A stretch of DNA of 64,000 nt from Octopus sinensis. Taxonomy: Eukaryota. Positions 24,672 through 37,399 of this stretch are shown one piece after another (position 1 is the stretch's first letter; each line of letters begins with the position of its first letter). The DNA lies in contig NC_043010.1 of assembly GCF_006345805.1 (NCBI RefSeq), forward strand, positions 54,932,001 to 54,996,000, written 5' to 3'. The notes beneath the pieces were generated by a model. That model saw only the letters and a program-made list of their open reading frames with translations. It was not told the origin of the DNA and made no database searches. The translations under genes and the position numbers were made by a program.

Positions 24672-25375
24672 TTTCTTTATTGCCCACTAGGGGCTAAACA
24701 CAGAGAGGACAAACAAGGACAGACAAACGGATTAAGTCGATTATATCGACCCCAGTGCGTAACTCTCCTTAATTTATCGTCCCCGAAAGGATGAAAGGCA
24801 AAGTCGACCACGGCGGAATTTGAACTCAGAACGTAGCGGCAGATGAAATACCTATATCTTCACAACCCAGAAGGGACTAAACACAAAGGGATTAAATCGA
24901 TTATATCGACCCCAGTGCGTAACTGGTCCTTAATTTATCGACCCCGAAAGGATGAAAGGCAAAGTCGACCTCGGCGGAATTTGAACTCAGAACGTAGCAG
25001 CAGATGAAATACCTATATCTTTACTACCCAGAAGGGACTAAACACAAAGGGATTAAATCGATTATATCGACCCCAGTGCGTAACTGGTCCTTAATTTATC
25101 GACCCCGAAAGGATGAAAGGCAAAGTCGACCACGGCGGAATTTGAACTCAGAACGTAGCGGCAGATGAAATACCTATATTTTTACTACCCAGAGGGGACT
25201 AAACACAAAGGGATTAAATCGATTATATTGACCCCAGTGCATAACTGGTACTTAATTTATCGACCCCGAAAGGATGAAGGGCAAAGTCGACCACGGCGAA
25301 ATTTGAACAGGGAACGTAAAGACATACGAAAGACCGCTAAGCATTTAACCCAGACGATTCTGCCCGCTCACCGCC
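24672..25375 (-). mobile_element. SINE family A tetramer, 161-bp period
   Basis: GATGAAATACCT junctions at 24842, 25003 and 25164; single head near 25375. Confidence 0.92.
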
Positions 25376-26268
25376 ATAAACTAGTATATGACCGACGTCA
25401 TATACTTGCTAGACACAGGCACAACATATTATCTATCCTAAAAGCATTTACACTCATGTATATACATATTTGTGTATTATGTATATGGCGCTCTTGTTCA
25501 TATTTTGACTAAATATACTTAGAATAATTTGGTGAACCGATCATATGCTAGGATAATGTCTTCGAATATGATCGGTTCTTCCTGATCAATGTCTTTTTAT
25601 TGCGGGATCGAACCTAGGATTGTGTTGTTTCAAAGTGAATATCTCAACACTGCATTACTCCATAGTGTCTCCGCCCACAATGAAAAACCTCTAAAATATT
25701 GAAATTTTCCAAAAAGTTATCTTGACTTGTCTTAACTTTTTACATAAATTATACTTGTATCATTTCTTCGTATTTTATTCTCTCGTACTGACCTCTCCTT
25801 TGGGTAGTAAATAATTCCTAATTGTGAAAGCATAATAGTTGATTTTCTTAATCTCTCTCATCGTTTTACTTAATTTTATTTTAATTCTCGAAGTTTTAAA
25901 GAAAATGTTTTCAAAAATGTTTTCTTCTGTATTTTCCTGACTCGCTACCAATTCATCATGACCAGGAATTTTTACACCAGAATCAAAGTTACTCGAAAAT
26001 TTTTAAAAAATGAATAAAAAAGAAATGAATATAAATAAGAACTTAGCTAAACAAATGTCTTTATTTCTGAATTTATTTATGAGTCTATTTACGAGTTTTC
26101 AGTAATATTATCGTGTTTATAACAAAATTGTTTCTGGCGGTTGTTGTCTCAACTATATCTTTTACTTTTAATTTTATATTTGAGTTACATAGATTTTATC
26201 ACGTAATTAGCTACTACGATTTTATTTTTACATTTCTTAATCGAATTTTATTTCTGTAGTTCTGTTTA

Positions 26269-26299
<31 letters not shown>

Positions 26300-26928
26300 T
26301 TTAAATTTCTTCCTCTTTCCATCTTCTGCTACTCATCTATTCTTAATGACATTTATATTATAATGTTGTACACATGATCACATTTATCTGTATAATTTTT
26401 ATGATTATAGTTGCTATTGTTTAGACATTTTAATATTTTATGTAATCTATATATTTCAAGTTGTATTTTTTTTTATTTGATTATTCAGGAATACAAATTC
26501 AGTGCCCTGGCGAAATTTTTTACTTCTTTGTTTCATTCTCTCATTGATAAAGAATCATATTGTTAATATTCTGCATTATCATTACTCTTTCTTTCTTTTT
26601 TTTTTTGCAAAATTTTCCTTTCTTACGTTTTCCGAATATTTTATTTGTGTTTGTATTTTGTTCCTTTACCATTTCCCTTGCAATTAAACCAAATAAAAAC
26701 AAAAACGGGAAGTAAAGCCCCCTATAGAGAATACAATTATCATTAACACTCAAAATTCAATAATTACTGGTTTAACTCATATTTTTACTCTTTTCCATAA
26801 ATCATGTTTACAAACTTCTAGATGGAAAAATAGAGAAAAAATAGTTATAATATATTGTAACATTAACAATAACAATACTGATTCAAACATAACGGAAACC
26901 AGAACAATGATAATGATACTACTACTGC

Positions 26929-26970
<42 letters not shown>

Positions 26971-28092
26971 ATTAACGTGTTCGTTCAATTTATTTGTCAC
27001 CCGGGCCCATTCAATCATTCATTTATTTACAAAAAACGTGTTACAAATGGTTTGTAGGATGTGTTGGGTTTTAAGCATAAAGAACTATGAAATATATTCT
27101 GGAACAGTTTAATACCTCTGCATAATATATTAATATATTATAGTCTGTTAGATAAATGCGGAGAATTCACACAAATTATGGACACAGATATATGCACGCA
27201 CAAACATTTATAAAGCGATTTTTTAAAAATACACTCCATCGCATCATCAGTAAGAAACCACCTGCAAATTTACATAATAAGAGATCATTGTGATTCTGAC
27301 TGACCAGCTTCACTATTCCAATGCTTATTTGGTAATGCAAATCTATCGTTAGCATTTTCTGCGTTGGATAAGAACAAAAACATCTTGTGCTCTTTGGCAT
27401 AGTGTATTAAATGATGATACATCATTAATATAACTTTCAGTAATATTATCTTATTTTCTATTCCTATCATGTTCTTCTTTCCTCCTCTACAGGCAGCACG
27501 TTATCACAACCGTTTCAATACATTTAGGAACTGGTAGTATTATAACTCACTTTCTTACCAAAGCTATGAGTCTTCGACGTGTCCTCAGTGAAGAAGTTAC
27601 ATCTCTTGCTTGGTAGATGGAACAGTATGGATTCCATCGAGCAGGGGGTAAAGTATATAAGAATGCGTGTTTGGTCTTTCATACCGATGATAAGGTGAAG
27701 TGAGTTGTTACTTAATATATCTCCACAGAGGCTGACGCTGAAAAAATATGAAAAGAAGAGGTGTAAATATTAGTAACTTTAGGTTTGGGCTTGTTGTCAT
27801 AACTGTTTTTAAAGTAAAAGCAATCGGTTACCGGAGAACAGATATAGAAAATTCATGAAATGTTAAAAGTTATGCGTGACTGACGTAACAGCTCTCAGGA
27901 GTGCTTATGCTAACACACTTCTTCCTTATCCTTTGATATGTCTGTTTCTCAAGTATAGAGGGACTAATTTTTTGTGAGCCACCCTTCCACGTTTTAAGTA
28001 TTGATCACTTCTTTCTGATTTTGGGTGATCGCAAATCTATCTCTACTACTAATACTAGAAACCTTATAGGGAATGTTATTATTTTCATAATT

Positions 28093-28268
28093 AAGGCGGC
28101 TGAAGAGGTAAAATCATTAGTATGCAAGGTAAAGTGCTTAACGGAATTTCGTCCGTCCTTGCGTTCTGGGTTCAAATTCTGCTGAGGTCAATTTTGTCGT
28201 TCATCCTCTCAGGGTCGATAAAATAAGAAATAGCTGAGTACTGGGGTCTTGTGCCAAAATGTGAAGCT
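28093..28268 (+). mobile_element. Old SINE family A copy
   Basis: GGGTTCAAATTCTGCTGAGGTC and TCATCCTCTCAGGGTCGATAAAATAAG. Confidence 0.7.
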
Positions 28269-28989
28269 CTTATTTACGAGTAATACGTTTAAAATAACTC
28301 TGCTTCTTGTCGATTATGCTCATTTTATTGTCCAGAATCCTTATATTAAAAATATATGAAAAGTGGAATTATGAAATTTTACTATTCATGCAAAATGTAA
28401 TTGAAATTCTATTCGAGAGTAAGTGTCATAAAAAATATCTATCTCTTATATTACTTAATGCATTGTGTACTGTAATATTGACGTGTGAAATGGAGTGCGT
28501 CACTGTAGTGATAAGGGTATATTCACGCCTTTTATCATAAGAGAGATATTTTCTTTCACAGTAAACTGTTGTGAAATTGCTCCTAGATGATAACATATCT
28601 CACGCGAATATTTCAACTAACCTGAAGTTTGTTTCCTTCACACCACAGCTTTGCGCTAATACTAATGTAATTGCACAAAGTGTTAGCTCTACTAACGCAA
28701 ATCACGCTGTATTCTTGTCTGATTAATTTCAAAGCTATGGCTTACAGTCAGCTCAGTGTTAGCTCCGTTTGGTATCACTTAGTAAGGATGACGTAACGAA
28801 CCTGAAATGCATCTAGGTTTTCAGAACAGAATGCTACTAAGTTCATAGTTGAGCATTTAAACTGTTCACTGCAAGGAAGATTTTGTCTCTACGGTAAACT
28901 GAAAACAATTTGCCTTTGTTCAAATCATATTTGAACTAACTTTGTTCAATTCCGGTCACCACTTCGTGTTACAACTTATGTAAGTGCGT

Positions 28990-29147
28990 GTACACACACA
29001 CACACATATATATATACACACATACATACACACACACACAAACACACATACTCACTTAAAAACTCAAGCACGTACACACACACACACACACATATATATA
29101 TACACACACACACAAACACAAATACTCACTTAAACACTCAAGCACGT

Positions 29148-29200
<53 letters not shown>

Positions 29201-29374
29201 CGTGCATATGTTTGTGTATCAATGTGTATAGACGTGTCTGTGTGTGTCTTTATATATGTGTAGGTCTATATGTATGAACATAAATATACATACACACACA
29301 CACCACACCCATATATATACACACACATACACACACACACAAACACAAATACTCACTTAAACACTCAAGCACGT

Positions 29375-29430
<56 letters not shown>

Positions 29431-29540
29431 GTGCATATGTTTGTGTATCAATGTGTATAGACGTGTCTGTGTGTGTCTTTATATATGTGTAGGTCTATAT
29501 GTATGAACATAAATATACATACACACACACACCACACATA
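28990..29540. repeat. Nested short tandem duplications (~229-bp period) in CA/TA repeats
   Basis: CGTGCATATGTTTGTGTATCAATG... at 29201 and 29430; TACTCACTTAAA.ACTCAAGCACG three times. Confidence 0.9.
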
Positions 29541-29546
29541 TATATA

Positions 29547-30909
29547 TATACATATACGCGCGCACGCATGCATACACACAGGCTCTGTTAACGGCACATG
29601 AAAGATGAAAGGGTATATCAAAACACTTTATCCATTTTATTTGATTCACAATATACGAAACAATCAGAGAATTTGTGGTTCTAAGAAATGCCATGCAAGA
29701 CATTGTCAAAGAAAATATTTTGCCAGTTCGTATGACCTTCAATTGAACTTTCTGGTTCAATATTTACCATACAAAATACTGAAAAATATTTCCGTTACTA
29801 ATAGATAACATAGACAATAAATACATGAGGAGATGAATCAGACTCTGTAGGTATAGAGGGGAACTGATTTTTGCAGCATGTGCTGTTTCGATCCTGTGAT
29901 TTAGATATGTGGGTCTGATGTTTACATTAGTGTTATGATAATCATGATAATGCAACGAAAACTGTCTCAGGCAGAATAAAGCGTAAACAAGATAATTGAA
30001 TAATCATGAAGGCGGCGAGCTGGCAGAAACGTTAGCACACCGGGCGAAATGTGTTGCCGTATTTCGTCTGCTATGATAGATCGGTAGCCACTAAACCTTT
30101 TTATTTTCTCTCCCTGTTTATTTTCATTTCTGTGTTCCTTCAAGCGTACGCTTGAAACATAAAAGACTTTCTCACTTCCCGAGAGTTAAACTAATATATC
30201 TGTTTGTCGTTTACACGCCCGTCTTTTGTTTTTTTTTTGCAAAATCTCAGTATATATATATATATATATATATGTTTACAAATATTAAATTAATAACTAA
30301 ATAAAACATATGCATATATACATACATAGTGTACGTACCTACCTCCACAAGTATATATATACATGCATATATGGATACAGTTTCTGACTGAAGAACGAAG
30401 GCTTTGAATGACCCGTTGTCTGTTATGTTCGTCCCCTCGTGTATTTCACGTTATTTATTTATGTAAAGGTTTTTATATATATATATATGCGTACATACAT
30501 ATATATGAGGTGCATGACATAGAGTAAAGTACGGACAATGTATATATCAGTCGAGTTTTATTGCAGCAATGTTTTCAATATAATTAAGACGGGTCTAAAT
30601 ATGTCTAGGAGACTGAAGATGTAAAATTTCTGTAAAGTACACTGGACCAGTTTTGCATCATCTTTAAAATAATCATGCAATAAATCGATAAAAAACATGC
30701 AATAAATCCATAAAAATGTGGAGACAGCAACGTAACGCATTATGGGAATCCTTCAATTTATACAATTCAAAGGTATTAAATTTTGAAGGAGATCAATTTT
30801 TGACATTCAAGTAGAGTCAATTTATGTCGGACTAAGTATATGAGATTTCTATATTTTGATATATCCCGTACATATACATACATACATATATATATATATA
30901 ATATATATA

Positions 30910-30982
<73 letters not shown>

Positions 30983-31675
30983 CGCGCGCACGCATGCATA
31001 CACACAGGCTCTGTTTACGGCACATGAAAGATGAAAGGGTATATCAAAACACTTTATCCATTTTATTTGATTCACAATATACGAAACAATCAGAGAATTT
31101 GTGGTTCTAAGAAATGCCATGCAAGACATTGTCAAAGAAAATATTTTGCCAGTTCGTATGACCTTCAATTGAACTTTCTGGTTCAATATTTACCATACAA
31201 AATACTGAAAAATATTTCCGTTACTAATAGATAACATAGACAATAAATACATGAGGAGATGAATCAGACTCTGTAGGTATAGAGGGGAACTGATTTTTGC
31301 AGCATGTGCTGTTTCGATCCTGTGATTTAGATATGTGGGTCTGATGTTTACATTAGTGTTATGATAATCATGATAATGCAACGAAAACTGTCTCAGGCAG
31401 AATAAAGCGTAAACAAGATAATTGAATAATCATGAAGGCGGCGAGCTGGCAGAAACGTTAGCACACCGGGCGAAATGCGTTGCCGTATTTCGTCTGCTAT
31501 GATAGATCGGTAGCCACTAAACCTTTTTATTTTCTCTCCCTGTTTATTTTCATTTCTGTGTTCCTTCAAGCGTACGCTTGAAACATAAAAGACTTTCTCA
31601 CTTCCCGAGAGTTAAACTAATATATCTGTTTGTCGTTTACACGCCCGTCTTTTGTTTTTTTTTTGCAAAATCTCA

Positions 31676-31714
<39 letters not shown>

Positions 31715-32330
31715 TACAAATATTAGATTAATAACTAAATAAAACATATGCATATATACATACATATGTGTACGTACCTACCTCCACAAGTATATATATA
31801 CATGCATATATGGATACAGTTTCTGACTGAAGAACGAAGGCTTTGAATGACCCGTTGTCTGTTATGTTCGTCCCCTCGTGTATTTCACGTTATTTATTTA
31901 TGTAAAGGTTTATTATATATATATATATATGCGTACATACATATATATGAGGTGCATGACATAGAGTAAAGTACGGACAATGTATATATCAGTCGAGTTT
32001 TATTGCAGCAATGTTTTCAATATAATTAAGACGGGTCTAGATATGTCTAGGAGACTGAAGATGTAAAATTTCTGTAAAGTACACTGGACCAGTTTTGCAT
32101 CATCTTTAAAATAATCATGCAATAAATCGATAAAAAACATGCAATAAATCCATAAAAATGTGGAGACAGCAACGTAACGCATTATTGGGAATCCTTCAAT
32201 TTATACAATTCAAAGGTATTAAATTTTGAAGGAGATCAATTTTTGACATTCAAGTAGAGTCAATTTATGTCGGACTAAGTATATGAGATTTCTATATTTT
32301 GATATATCCCGTACATATACATACATACAT
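29547..32330. repeat. Near-identical tandem duplication (~1.43-kb period)
   Basis: 29547-30888 versus 30973-32330; duplicate ORFs offset by 1426-1442 bp; a few SNPs/indels; bounded by (TA)n. Confidence 0.95.
30075..30250 (+). mobile_element. PLE-end-like repeat (21390 family) with hammerhead core deleted; second copy at 31501-31676; each preceded by a SINE A head
   Basis: TAGCCACTAAA...TTCCTTCAAGCGTACGCTTGAAACATAAAAGACTTTCTC...(TA)n. Confidence 0.7.
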
Positions 32331-32346
32331 ATATATATATATATTA

Positions 32347-32387
<41 letters not shown>

Positions 32388-32423
32388 TGTGCATATATAT
32401 CTATATCTATATATGTCCATCTT

Positions 32424-32504
<81 letters not shown>

Positions 32505-32678
32505 AATATATATTATATATATACACATATTATATATATATGTATATATAATATATATATATATATATGTATATATATATGTATATATATATGTATATAT
32601 ATATATATAATATATATATATATATATTTACATATATATATACATATATATATACATATTATATATATAATATATATA

Positions 32679-32751
<73 letters not shown>

Positions 32752-32755
32752 ATAT
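32325..32755. repeat. Long (TA)n tract
   Basis: Visible. Confidence 0.95.
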
Positions 32756-33101
32756 CCATTTGCAGAAAGGAGTCAATGTGTGTTTGTGTTAGTGACCTTC
32801 TAATTTGCAATGATGCCATAATATATATTAGAAGGCAACGCACTATTCGTTTTGGCTTTTGAATGATTATTTATAGATTACGAAATTAGCATGAAAAACA
32901 CCAAAATTTGGAGCACTGCCTCTCCAGTAAATGTCGAGATAATATCAATAAGCTTGACAAATCCTCAAGTATATTGGCCTGTAATTTTGCTTATATGATC
33001 TTATTATATGACTATCAGTTGCGCGAAGTGAAATCAAAACAATTTCTAATCTTGTGCATCGCTACTTACACATATATACACGATGTTTTTTTATAATAAC
33101 A

Positions 33102-33470
33102 CTAGCAGTATCGCCCGGCGTTGCTCGGGTTTGTAAGGGAAATAACTATAAAGCATTTTCAGAGAGTTATAGCCAAAAAATGGAAAAAAATGATGGTAAA
33201 TTTTTTTTGAGAGTAAAGGTGGAGTTGCGTCCCCTAGAAAGTTTGCGGTTTGTGTTTCTGATTCTCGACCCCATGTCGAATTTATCGATTTTTTTCAGAA
33301 CTGGGGGGACTTTTCAAAATTTTCGCTGCGTTAGTTTTGAATTATGACATTGGGCTATGTGTGTGTCAAGTTTCATCAGAATCGGTTGAAAGCCGTGGTC
33401 AGAGTGAGGGTACGAGAAAACAGACACACAGAAACACGCACAGACAAACTGCCGTTTATATAGAGAGAGA
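33102..33470 (-). mobile_element. Non-autonomous Helitron
   Basis: Minus strand A|TCTCTCTCTATATAAACGG...CCCGAGCAACGCCGGGCGATACTGCTAG|T. Confidence 0.85.
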
Positions 33471-33734
33471 TATCCTAGAAAGAAACATTGTATTAAAACC
33501 ATATAATTCATTCTTCTGTCTTTTCATTAACATATGTACATGCAGAATCATTAGCACGCCGACAACATTTTACCGACTCATCTTTGCTTCTTTTGTTCTG
33601 ACTTCAAATTCGACTTTGTGTTTCATCTAGTAAGGTTCAATTATATAAGTAACATCTGAGCGTTGTGGTTGATCTAAGCGACTCATAACCATTCGGAAAT
33701 TTCAGGATTTGCACATGTCATAGAATGGAATATA

Positions 33735-33900
33735 TATATGTATGGGAAAAAATCAAGAGAGAAAATGCTAAAGAAATTTTATAAAAAAAACATTTCAGTA
33801 CCGGTTTCAGTCATTGAGACTTTTTCAACTGTAAGTATGGAAAACAATTAAATTTTTGAAAAATTAAAAGAAAAGTTTTATAAAAAATATTTGAATAGTG
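33735..33900 (-). mobile_element. PLE-end-like repeat with decayed hammerhead (33796-33831), ending in (TA)n
   Basis: Minus strand cag-TTGAAAA-AGTC(tcaat)GACT-GAAA-CCGGT-A-ctg. Confidence 0.5.
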
Positions 33901-33983
33901 TTCAAATACAAGGGGCATTTTCCTTATTTCTACCTGTCTCTGTCCCTCTTCTTTACTCTTGTGGGTTCATATATATATTAATA

Positions 33984-35076
33984 ATGGGTCATCCCATAAC
34001 CCATAAATGCTGCCGTCTTTTCAATTGTATGAAGTAAAAGTCGGAGGGGGACAGGATAAACTACCTGCAACAATTTATACTTAGTGCAAGTTTTGAAGTG
34101 CGCTGTTCGATTTTAGCAGTTACTTCTTTTCAAAGCAATAATGAAAGTGACAAAGCATATTCAGCACATTTTGCTTTATGAGTTCAATAAAGGCAGTAAC
34201 GCAACGTAAAATTCTAGGAATATTAATGCAGTATATGGGGATCGGACATATGTCGGACAGTGTCAACGGTGGTTCCAGAAATTCCGAACCGGAGACTACA
34301 GCCTAGAAGACGACCCTAAACCTGGAAGATATCTAGAGTCGACGAGGACTCCTGCTATCGTTGATGGAACAAAATCCCATCGTAATTGTTTAGGAACCAG
34401 CGGACAAGCTTCGATTTGGTCATTCGACTATTCATCGACACCTGCATGTCATCGAAAATTCGGCAAATTGGGTCAATTAGTTTGTCACAAACTTTCGGAA
34501 TATTATCACTTGCAGAGAGTGAATGTGTGTTCTTCTTAGCTGTCACATCCCAGGAATGAAACTTTTTTTTGGGACCGAATAGTGACTGGTGACGCGAAAT
34601 GGGTTCTCTATGAAAATGCCAGGCGCCGAGAACTGTGTGTAGGGCAAGGAGGAACACCAACACCTCTGGCTAAATTAGGTCTTCCACAACTTAAAGTGTT
34701 GTAATTTGTCTGGTGAAATGTTTTCTTCCATGAGGATAACGCATGGCCACATACAGCGTGGGTGACATTCCAAAGGCTGCATCAGTTCGTATTGGAAATG
34801 TTGCCCCACCAACCATATTCGCTGTTCACTGCCCTATCTGATTATCATTTATTCAGCAGTCTTCTAAAATATTTCGGAGGTCAGAACAGTACTCGAGGAG
34901 TATTTTTCGTTAGGACAAGTGAAGTCTGATGAATATGTATTGCAAGTTTACCAGATAGATGGAAGAGCATTCTAGAAAATGAAGAAGATTATGTTTGAGG
35001 TTAAAAAAGATCTTTGTTTATCTGAATTTTGAAAAATAAAAGTATAAAAAAACACATTACGTATGCGATGACCCAA
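33984..35076 (+). mobile_element. Decayed mariner DNA transposon
   Basis: TIRs ATGGGTCATCCCATA / TATGCGATGACCCAA with TA flanks; CQRWFQKFRTGDYSLED, DRIVTGDAKWVLYEN, FHEDNAWPHT, LPHQPYS...SDYHLF; many stops and frameshifts. Confidence 0.92.
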
Positions 35077-35109
35077 TATATATATATATATATATAGATA
35101 TATATATAT

Positions 35110-35156
<47 letters not shown>

Positions 35157-35157
35157 C

Positions 35158-35341
35158 CGCGTGTTTCCGTTGGCGATTTTTTTCCTCTTTTTTCCCTTCT
35201 CTGGACCTTTCCTTCTCCTATGTTTCCAACGAGGAGCTCCGATCGAAACGTTTCCTTCTTTCCTGAGCGTCCAATAATATTATATTTGTTCTACATCCTC
35301 GCGTTGTTGTGTTTTTTTTGTGCTTTCTTGTTTGGATTAAC
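35158..35341 (+). mobile_element. PLE-end-like repeat between (TA)n tracts, hammerhead core decayed
   Basis: TTTCCAACGAGGAGCTCCGATCGAAACGTTT at ~35223-35253. Confidence 0.5.
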
Positions 35342-35413
<72 letters not shown>

Positions 35414-36300
35414 TACGTGTGTGTGTGTGTTAATGCATTTATACACATACACACACACACACACACACACCACTTATTTATTCATTTATATATGTATATC
35501 TACAGAGATATAGATTGGGAGTGACTAGCCAACTTTTAAAATGAACTAAAGTAAAATTCTAAGAATTTGAATTTAAATGGAAAATATCTTGGCAAATAAA
35601 CTTTGGTTAATTAACAACGGTAGTGCACACTTAGTATCTTTTATTAGACAGTAACAAAGGTGAAAATGCTTTCTAAGTTATAGTGAGACAATAAAATATA
35701 ACAACTTTTGTATCATGGGGTTTTATTGATTAACTAGCAATTATAATATTTATTACAATGCTTTCTATTCATGTTTGTTTTGGTTAAAGATTTCTTGTTT
35801 GACAGCAGAAGCTCTTATTGTTTCCACCTGTGGAATGAAACAGAATTTTCAAACATAGCTCATTTGTTAAGATATATATTTATACACCTAACATATTTCA
35901 AGTCTCAGCTTCTACCTTCCAAGTCATCTGCATTAAATTACACCAACTATATTTGCATTTTATTATTTCAAAGGTTTAGGAGACGACTGGATATCTTATA
36001 TTAAAACTCTAATTCTGAGACATCTTTATTGCTATGATAAGGAAAGAGGTCTCCATATCATCCTATTTGTTGGGTCCCTTAATATTATGCAGGTGTTGTT
36101 AGTGTAAAACTTTTTAACAGTAGGCTGTCTGAGTTAATATAAAATTACTATTTAAAAATCTCACAACGAGTGATATTCAGCAACAGTACTTTGGAGTAAA
36201 GATTGTTTGCCAACATAACATGGTAGTCCTGGTTTAGGACAAATGTTGCTGCAATTTATCCTCAGGGGACATCGTCTCCAACTGTTTATCCGACGCGATC

Positions 36301-36530
36301 TGTGTGAGCTGGCAGAATCGTTAGCACGCCGGGCGAAATGCGTAGCCGTATTTCGTTTGCCGTTACGTTCTGAGTTCAAATTCCGCCGAGGTCGACTTTA
36401 CCTTTCATCCTTTCGGGGTCGATTAAATAAGTACCAGTTACGCACTGGGGTCGATGTAATCGACTTAATCCGTGTGTCTGTCCTTGTTTGTCCCCTGTGT
36501 TTAGCCCCTTGTGGGTAGTAAAGAAATACA
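36301..36530 (+). mobile_element. SINE family A
   Basis: Near-consensus full copy. Confidence 0.92.
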
Positions 36531-36571
36531 TATTTTCAGACGAGGGATTCTTGCACTCCCACTTAGCTCAT

Positions 36572-36662
36572 AACAACATTTGTGTATCGCGATTTCCAGG
36601 TTCTTTCCCTTCTGTGTCGATGAAGGGAAATAACCCGGAAGTCACAATACATGGATATTGTT
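36572..36662 (-). ncRNA. Candidate pre-miRNA-like hairpin
   Basis: 29-bp upper stem, 9-nt loop, 3x3 internal loop, 8-bp lower stem; most arm asymmetries are G-U pairs on the minus strand. Confidence 0.35.
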
Positions 36663-36723
36663 TCGAGCTGAGTGCGGGTGCTAGTTTCCTTTGGTCAAAA
36701 ATAAAGGACACAGATCGTGTCGT

Positions 36724-36784
<61 letters not shown>

Positions 36785-36788
<4 letters not shown>

Positions 36789-37225
36789 TATCTTTTACTT
36801 TTACTTGTTTCAGTCACTGGAGCACGACCATACTGGGGCACCACATTGAAAAACATTTAGTAGAATGTATCGATCTGATACTTATTCTTTAAAGGCTGAT
36901 ATTTACGCTGCGGGTCTCACGTGCCCAATCGCTAAGTTACGGGGACGTAAGTACACCAACACCGGTTTCAATCGGTTGTGGCGGGACAAACACAGGCACG
37001 CACATATACATACACTCTCACATATACATACACACACATATACATACACACATATACATACATATATACGACGAGCTTCTTTCAGTTTCTCTCTAAAGAA
37101 TCCACTCCCAATTCAGTTTGTGGCTATAGGAGGAGGCAGTAGTAAAAGGTGTACCGTAGTGCGACTGATACGGAGCCCTGTTGTTGGGAAGCAAGATTCT
37201 TACCACACAGACACATCTGCGCCTA
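36785..37225 (-). mobile_element. SINE family B (diverged)
   Basis: Tail TTTTACTTGTTTCAGTCA, internal CA/TA, head TACCACACAG...GCGCCTA. Confidence 0.85.
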
Positions 37226-37399
37226 TATATATATTTACACATACACACATATATATTACGTATGTATATATGTATGTATGTGTCTATGTATGTATGTATG
37301 TATGTATGTATGTATGTATGTATGTATGTATGTATGTATGCATGTATGTATGTATGTATGTATGTAGGTAGGTAGGTATTTATGTATGTATGTATAGGT

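Noticed and set aside
24672-25375. Regular 161-bp array suggesting CRISPR or a satellite
   Set aside because: Units are SINE bodies with no unique spacers; eukaryotic context
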